Assembly (NCBI GenBank): GCA_963976765.1
Contig: CAXBME010000008.1
Coordinates: 62,001 to 126,000, forward strand
DNA from: an uncultured Planctomycetaceae bacterium
GTDB lineage: Bacteria > Planctomycetota > Planctomycetia > Planctomycetales > Planctomycetaceae
Length of the DNA: 64,000 nt
Reading direction: 5' to 3'
Part shown: in pieces, positions 58,692-64,000 of the stretch
Layout of the letters: the number at the start of each line of letters is the position of its first letter
How positions within the stretch are numbered: position 1 is the stretch's first letter
Notes under the pieces: model-generated
The model's input: the letters and a program-made list of their open reading frames with translations, nothing else
Database searches by the model: none
Told to the model about the DNA's origin: nothing
Program-made: the position numbers and the translations under genes

Positions 58692-58699
58692 AATCCATG

Positions 58700-58737
58700 C
58701 TCTCATTGAGGCTTGATTCAGCGAGTCTCAATGAGAG
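58700..58737 (+). terminator. Long stem-loop directly after the giant gene stop codon
   Basis: CTCTCATTGAGGCTTG-attcag-CGAGTCTCAATGAGAG forms a 16-bp stem with two G-U pairs. There is no U-tract, so it may be a 3' stabiliser or an atypical terminator. Confidence 0.55.
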
Positions 58738-58868
58738 TCCCTTGCACGCAGGAGTCGCTGGCCATAATCGAAGCCAGCGGAGCGAAGATCAGGTTGAGAG
58801 AGCAGCTGCGATTCTGGCTGCTGTGCAGGAGCCAGAATCGCAGAGAAACGGACAGGACGCGACAGACG

Positions 58869-58903
58869 AAAAGAGGCCGGGCAATTGCTTGCCCGACCTC
58901 TTT
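58869..58903 (-). terminator. Intrinsic terminator of the histone-like gene (possibly bidirectional)
   Basis: The minus strand reads AAAGAGGTCGGGCAA-GCAA-TTGCCCGGCCTC-TTTT, a GNRA-loop hairpin plus U-tract about 40 nt after the stop at 58944. Confidence 0.75.
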
Positions 58904-58943
58904 GGTCGTTTACAGATTGAACCGCCGATCGGCAGGTGCAAAC

Positions 58944-59471
58944 TTACTTCTTTGCAGTGCTCTTGGCAGCGCGGGCCTTTGTCGCTTTGGCTGGCTTGGC
59001 GACGCCGGTTTTAGCTTTGGTTGACTTGCTGACCGTTGCTTTGGCAGTGCTTTTTGCAGCACGGGCCTTTGTCGCTTTGGCTGGCTTGGCAGCGCTGGTT
59101 TTCGCTTTGGTCGACTTGCTGACCGTTGCCTTGGCGGTGCTCTTTGCAGCACTGGCCTTCGTTGCTTTGGCTGGCTTGGCAGCGCTGGTTTTCGCTTTGG
59201 TCGACTTGCTGACCGTAGCCTTGGCGGTGCTCTTTGCAGCACTGGCCTTCGTTGCTTTGGCTGGCTTTGCAGCGCTGGTTTTCGCTTTGGTCGACTTGCT
59301 GACCGTTGCCTTTGCAGTGCTTTTTGCAACGCTGGCTTTTGTCGCTTTAGCTGGCTTGGCAGCTCCGGCTTTGGCTTTGGTCGACTTGCTGGCGGCTGGT
59401 TTTGCCGTTGCAGGTTTCGCTGTGCTTTTGGCCTTGGGTGTCGCTTTCCGTGCAGTTGTTTTGGTTGCCAT
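58944..59471 (-). CDS. Histone H1-like Lys/Ala-rich repeat protein (175 aa), putative DNA-binding/nucleoid protein
   Basis: ATG at 59471 with AAGGAG 10 nt upstream. The protein begins MATKTTARKATPKAK, has AAKP motifs and no acidic residues, and has its own terminator. Confidence 0.8.
   Translation of the reverse strand: MATKTTARKATPKAKSTAKPATAKPAASKSTKAKAGAAKPAKATKASVAKSTAKATVSKSTKAKTSAAKPAKATKASAAKSTAKATVSKSTKAKTSAAKPAKATKASAAKSTAKATVSKSTKAKTSAAKPAKATKARAAKSTAKATVSKSTKAKTGVAKPAKATKARAAKSTAKK
58947..59390 (-). repeat. Five tandem 90-bp coding repeats (30 aa: SKSTKAKTSAAKPAKATKASAAKSTAKATV)
   Basis: Four complete units and one 28-aa unit, differing mostly at synonymous positions. Confidence 0.92.
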
Positions 59472-60098
59472 AATCCGTTGGCTCCTTCGAGATCGTTCCG
59501 GGCACCTCGTTAAGTGAACGACCAGCTGCTTCGCCTGGGTACCCGACTTGGAGCGAAACAACCATTAGTTTCTGTTTGCCGGGGAAGAGTTGAACATCAA
59601 AGTTCGCCCCGGCAAATTCAGCTTCGTATTACGGCGGCTGCGTCCTCTGGTCTCAACAGCCGCGATCAATTTACAGGTTCAAGTTATCTTTCAGGGATTG
59701 AGGTACTCGTTCTGGACTTACGTCCGCTTCGAGTGTGCGGCTTTTATCCCTCTCCGGAAAGTCGGTCAACTGCAAAATCTTCTGCTGTAATGATTTGCTT
59801 GATTCCTGGAAGTTGTAAGTTGCATTGAAGAGTCGTCAGCTCGTCGACATAACTTGAAAAGATTCCGCGTCAGGACACAAAGATTCTCACAGCTCGAAGG
59901 TGGCGTCCTCTTGCTTGACGACTTCGAGCTGTGCCAGAACAATCGCCGGTCGTTTATGTCAGCCTCTCTGATTGCCGGTTCTGCAGACGTTCAGCAGCTG
60001 AATCTGGCCCTCTGGCGATCACAGCGAATCGGCTGTCTGAGTTCTGAAGATCACTCGAGCAACAATCTCCTCACCGGCTTTCTGATACGGAATTTCCC

Positions 60099-61298
60099 AT
60101 GTTTGATGCGATTCAGGCGGCGCCTCCAGACGCCATTCTTGGTCTTACCGAGGCATTCAAGAGCGACAGCAATCCGAACAAAGTCAATCTGACGGTTGGG
60201 GTTTACAAGGACGAGTCCGGAGCGACTCCGGTTTTGAAGTCGGTGAAAGCGGCGGAAGCCCGGCTGCTTGCTGGTGAAGCCAGCAAGGGGTATCTGCCGA
60301 TCGGCGGACTTGGCGAATACTGTGATCTGACTCAGCGGCTGTACTTCGGGGATGACCACGAGGTGACGACTGCGAATCGGGCAGCGACGTTCCAGACTCC
60401 GGGCGGGACGGGAGCGCTGCGAGTTGCCGCTGACTTCATCCATCAGAATTTTCCGTCTGCATCGATCTGGTGCAGCACGCCGACCTGGCCGAACCATCCA
60501 AAGGTTTTCAAAGCCGCTGGCGTTAACGTTGAAAACTATCCTTACTTCGACGCGAGCTCGCACGGCGTGAACATCGATGGGATGCTGGCGGCGATCAAGG
60601 GAGCACGATCTGGTGACGTTGTCTGTCTGCACGCCTGCTGTCACAACCCGACCGGTGCTGATCCGTCGGTTGAGCAGTGGAAACAGATCGCGGACGCAGT
60701 TTACGAGCAAGGTCTGTTGCCGTTTCTCGATTTTGCGTATCTCGGGTTTGGAGAAGGGATCGAGTCTGACCGGGCGGCGTTGATGGAATTTGCTCGGCCC
60801 GGCGCCGAACTGCTGGTTGCGTCGTCTTACTCCAAAAATTTCGGTCTCTATAGTGAGCGAGTCGGTGCGTTGTCCGTCGTGACGAATAACGCGGACTCGG
60901 CAAAGACGGTTGCCAGCCAGGTCAAGGCGACCATTCGCACCAATTATTCGAATCCGCCGGCGCACGGTGGGTCGATTGTTCAAGTGGTCCTTGGCGACGC
61001 CGAACTGCGTCAGCAATGGGACGGTGAGCTTGCCGAGATGCGGGAACGGATCAACGGAATGCGTAAGTTGTTCACGCAAACGATGGCGGCGCGGCTTCCG
61101 GATCGCGATTTCTCGTTTATCGAGCGGCAACGAGGCATGTTCTCGTATTCCGGTCTGACGGCGGAACAGGTTGACACGCTGCGCGACAGGTTTTCGATTT
61201 ACATCGTCCGTGACGGTCGGATCAACGTCGCAGGAATCAATCAAGGGAATGTCGAGCCACTGTGTGAAGCGATTTCGTCGGTTCTCGACGCAGGGTAG
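60099..61298 (+). CDS. aspC: Aspartate/aromatic-amino-acid aminotransferase (class I, AspC/TyrB type)
   Basis: APPDAILGL, KVNLTVGVY, QTPGGTGALRV, LHACCHNPTG, DFAYLGF, SYSKNFGLYSERVGA (PLP lysine) and GRINVAG. Confidence 0.93.
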   Translation: MFDAIQAAPPDAILGLTEAFKSDSNPNKVNLTVGVYKDESGATPVLKSVKAAEARLLAGEASKGYLPIGGLGEYCDLTQRLYFGDDHEVTTANRAATFQTPGGTGALRVAADFIHQNFPSASIWCSTPTWPNHPKVFKAAGVNVENYPYFDASSHGVNIDGMLAAIKGARSGDVVCLHACCHNPTGADPSVEQWKQIADAVYEQGLLPFLDFAYLGFGEGIESDRAALMEFARPGAELLVASSYSKNFGLYSERVGALSVVTNNADSAKTVASQVKATIRTNYSNPPAHGGSIVQVVLGDAELRQQWDGELAEMRERINGMRKLFTQTMAARLPDRDFSFIERQRGMFSYSGLTAEQVDTLRDRFSIYIVRDGRINVAGINQGNVEPLCEAISSVLDAG

Positions 61299-61648
61299 GC
61301 AATCAAGGCTTGCAGGGGCGTCTGTTCTGACAGCGGATGTAAAGTGGCAGTGTCGGTCAGTGCGGTGGCAAGTCGGCGTGAGAGCACGGTTTCTGGTGGA
61401 TTTGAACTGGTTGCCAAACGGAAACCGGTTACCCACAATACATAGCGGTCAATCAGGCGGGCGTGATGCGGTGAAGAGTCTGCACTCGGATTTCTTCACA
61501 GAGCAACGCCCTGGCAGATCTGACACGGCATTGATTGATATGGCCGGAGTCAGCTCAGGAGCGGCCCCGCTTTGCACGACGTCGGGACTCTGTCCGGGTG
61601 TCCAATGTTTTTCGGTTGTCCGATACACCACAGAAGGATGCGAACAAG

Positions 61649-62926
61649 ATGGATAAGACGGCCAAAGTTGTGCTGGACGGACAGGAATTCGAGCTGCCGG
61701 TTATTGTTGGAACTGAAAATGAAGTCGGGATCGACGTGTCGAAGTTTCGGGCCGCGTCGGGAGCGGTCACGCTCGATTCCGGCTATGCCAACACTGGTTC
61801 CTGTGAGAGCAAAATTTGCTTCATCGACGGTGAAAAGGGAATTCTGCGATACCGTGGCTATCCGATTGAGCAGCTTGCTGAGCATGCCAGGTTCCCGGAA
61901 GTTGCTTACCTGTTGATCAACGGTGAATTGCCGACCGAGTCGCAGTACCAGTCTTTCCGTGAGGATCTGACCTACCACAGCATGATCCACGAAGACATGA
62001 AGAAGTTCTTCGAGGGGTTTCGCCACACCGCGCATCCCATGGCGATTCTGTCGGCGATGGTCACGTCCATGTCGAGCTACTATCCGGAATCGGACGACGA
62101 CGAACAGGATGACAACATCATCCGATTGCTGGCGAAGGTCAAAACAATTGCTGCCTATGCCTACAAGAAATCAATCGGTCAACCTTTTGTGCAGCCGCAA
62201 AACAGACTTCGGTACTGCGCCAACTTCCTGCACATGATGTTTTCCGTGCCGACCGAACCGTATGAGGTCGACCCGGTACTGGAAGACGCTCTGAATGTAC
62301 TCCTGATTCTGCACGCCGATCACGAACAGAACTGCTCGACGTCGACTGTCCGTATGGTTGGCAGTAGCCAGGCTAATCTCTACGCATCGGTGTCGGCTGG
62401 GATCTGTGCCCTCTGGGGGCCACTGCACGGCGGAGCCAACCAGAAGGTCATCGAGATGCTCAGCATGATTCAGCAGGATGGCAGCGGCATCGGCAAGTAC
62501 GTTGAAAAAGCGAAAGACAAATCCGATCCGTTTCGGCTGTTCGGGTTCGGACATCGCGTCTACAAGAATTTCGACCCTCGAGCCACCATTCTGCGGAAGT
62601 CGGCTGAAGTCGTTCTCGACCGTCTGGGGGTCTCGGATCCGATGCTCGACATCGCTCGGCAGCTTGAAGAAGTCGCGTTGAAGGACGACTACTTTATCGA
62701 GCGAAACCTCTACCCGAACGTCGATTTCTACAGCGGCATCATCTATCGCGCGATGGGCATCCCGACGGACATGTTCACGGTGATGTTCGCGCTTGGTCGA
62801 CTGCCGGGCTGGATCGCTCACTGGAAAGAACTCCGCAACGATCCATCCAGCCGAATCAACCGGCCTCGCCAGATCTACACCGGTGAGAATCAGCGAGACT
62901 ACGTGCCGATCAGCGACCGAGGGTAA
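61649..62926 (+). CDS. gltA: Citrate synthase (type II-like)
   Basis: The likely start is ATG 61649 (GAAGGA upstream); the ORF track starts at 61535. Motifs: FIDGEKGILRYRGYPIEQLA, LHADHEQNCST, WGPLHGGAN, GFGHRVYKNFDPRA, YPNVDFYSG, RPRQIY. Confidence 0.96.
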   Translation: MDKTAKVVLDGQEFELPVIVGTENEVGIDVSKFRAASGAVTLDSGYANTGSCESKICFIDGEKGILRYRGYPIEQLAEHARFPEVAYLLINGELPTESQYQSFREDLTYHSMIHEDMKKFFEGFRHTAHPMAILSAMVTSMSSYYPESDDDEQDDNIIRLLAKVKTIAAYAYKKSIGQPFVQPQNRLRYCANFLHMMFSVPTEPYEVDPVLEDALNVLLILHADHEQNCSTSTVRMVGSSQANLYASVSAGICALWGPLHGGANQKVIEMLSMIQQDGSGIGKYVEKAKDKSDPFRLFGFGHRVYKNFDPRATILRKSAEVVLDRLGVSDPMLDIARQLEEVALKDDYFIERNLYPNVDFYSGIIYRAMGIPTDMFTVMFALGRLPGWIAHWKELRNDPSSRINRPRQIYTGENQRDYVPISDRG

Positions 62927-62989
62927 CCGAAGTTGCTGACGCTGGCTGATTATCCTGTTTGGTCAAAACAACGATTGAGGAACGAGTCG

Positions 62990-63580
62990 ATGGTTAAGAC
63001 TGCTTCAACAATGCTCCAGCTTGGGACCAAAGCTCCCGAGTTCTCACTGCCGAACATTGACGGTTCGATCGTTTCGCTTGCCGACTTTGCTGATAAGAAA
63101 GGGCTGCTGGTTGTTTTCATGTGCAACCACTGTCCGTTCATTAAGCATCTGCGAAAAGAACTGGCCGAGTTCGGCAACGAGTATCAGGAAAAAGGGCTGG
63201 GGGTCGTCGGAATCAGTTCGAACGACGTGGCTAACTACCCGGACGACAGCCCGGAAAAGATGGTCGAAGAGGCCGCTGAGGCCGGCTACAGGTTTCCGTA
63301 TCTGTACGATGAAAGTCAGGCTGTGGCGAAGGGCTACAAAGCTGCCTGTACTCCGGACTTCTTTCTGTTCGATGCCGATATGACTTTGGTCTATCGAGGC
63401 CAGTTTGACGACAGCCGGCCAGGCAACGGCATCCCGGTGACTGGTGGCGATCTTCGAGCCGCGTGTGATCAGGTTCTGGCTGGCGAGCCTGTTCCTGCCG
63501 AACAGAAGCCGAGCATTGGCTGCAACATTAAGTGGATCGAAGCCCCGGAATACTTCACGGGCGAGCCGGCAGTCGTCTAA
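62990..63580 (+). CDS. Thioredoxin-fold redoxin (AhpC/TSA, PRX-like1 family)
   Basis: The likely start is ATG 62990 (GAGGA upstream). Motifs: FMCNHCPF, ISSND, YPDDSPEKM, FPYLYDESQ, ACTPDFFLFD, YRGQFDDSRP, SIGCNIKW. Confidence 0.9.
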   Translation: MVKTASTMLQLGTKAPEFSLPNIDGSIVSLADFADKKGLLVVFMCNHCPFIKHLRKELAEFGNEYQEKGLGVVGISSNDVANYPDDSPEKMVEEAAEAGYRFPYLYDESQAVAKGYKAACTPDFFLFDADMTLVYRGQFDDSRPGNGIPVTGGDLRAACDQVLAGEPVPAEQKPSIGCNIKWIEAPEYFTGEPAVV

Positions 63581-63630
63581 GGACAAGGACACGGTTAAGT
63601 CGCAGGAAACAGACGGCCAGGTAGATTCTT

Positions 63631-64000
63631 ATGGCACTGACGATTCGGCTTCGCGAAAAGACTTCCATTCCGGTCGAGGTTGATTCGATCCGGATGGACG
63701 AGGTCCGGACTCAGTCGGTCGACGAGGTTAAAGCCACTCTGGTTCAATATGGGAACAGGCAGGTTCCGCTGAGTCAGTTTTTCGACGTTGAAGGCTCAGC
63801 GGCGGACGATTCGGAAATTGTCTGGGAAGGCGATTGCTCACACGTCAAGTTGATCGGAGCGAACCTCGCTGGCGGCAGGATCCGAGTCGATGGTAATGCC
63901 GGAATGCATCTTGGTGCTGAGATGACGGGTGGTGAGGTTATCGTCAACGGCAACTCGGGTGACTGGGTTGGTGCTGAGATGCACGGCGGACGGATTCACG
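63631..64000 (+). CDS. fhcC: Formylmethanofuran dehydrogenase subunit C / formyltransferase-hydrolase complex subunit C (3'-truncated)
   Basis: Absent from the ORF track because it runs off the window. My translation: MALTIRLREKTSIPVEVDSI...YGNRQVPLSQFFDVEG...IVWEGDCSHVKLIGANLAGGRIRVDGNAGMHLGAEMTGGEVIVNGNSGDWVGAEMHGGRIH, which shows the FwdC-type GxxMxGG beta-helix. Confidence 0.88.
   Translation, partial: MALTIRLREKTSIPVEVDSIRMDEVRTQSVDEVKATLVQYGNRQVPLSQFFDVEGSAADDSEIVWEGDCSHVKLIGANLAGGRIRVDGNAGMHLGAEMTGGEVIVNGNSGDWVGAEMHGGRIH

Noticed and set aside
6804..58706. Dozens of antisense and alternate-frame ORFs (up to 516 aa) overlapping the giant gene
   Set aside because: They are Pro/Ser/Val-rich mirror translations of Gly/Asp/Thr codons with no recognisable motifs, as expected for shadows of a biased coding strand.
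58947..59390. Tandem 90-bp repeats as a CRISPR array
   Set aside because: There are no unique spacers, the repeats are in-frame coding units, and no cas genes are present.
58936..59517. 193-aa Ala/Leu/Val-rich + strand ORF resembling a membrane protein (also the alternate-frame ORF 58910-59329)
   Set aside because: It is the antisense shadow of the Lys/Ala repeat gene. The RBS and terminator support the minus-strand MATK frame.
60051..61436. 461-aa minus-strand ORF
   Set aside because: It is the antisense shadow of aspC.

Overview
This is bacterial DNA, most likely from a planctomycete. The evidence is a Planctomycete-type 'ELLEARTLLT' N-terminal motif, an H4MPT/methanofuran C1 gene (fhcC) and a planctomycete-style LRR-LamG protein. 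About 81% of the window is one uninterrupted 51,870-bp gene (6822-58691, 17,289 aa) for a giant, acidic, apparently Cys-free extracellular protein. In order it carries an M10-like zinc-peptidase motif whose Met-turn Met appears replaced by Gln, PPC, beta-helix and jelly-roll domains, cadherin-like domains, a stalk of six ~3.4-3.5-kb super-repeats, and C-terminal RTX nonapeptides. Its most striking property is a nested ('Russian-doll') build. A VWA/MIDAS domain, Calx-beta pairs that themselves contain FG-GAP propellers, and four small recurring modules resembling phage-tail or flagellar structural domains are inserted into loops of other domains rather than placed between them. A near-identical 1,089-bp internal duplication suggests recent remodelling. 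The flanks hold a truncated LRR-LamG gene, rnpA, an SMP-30/FG-GAP fusion, a membrane protein, a histone-H1-like 5x30-aa Lys/Ala repeat protein, aspC, gltA, a thioredoxin-fold redoxin and a truncated fhcC. I saw no rRNA, tRNA, CRISPR array or transposase. Domain names come from motif recognition by eye, not database searches, and internal domain boundaries are approximate.
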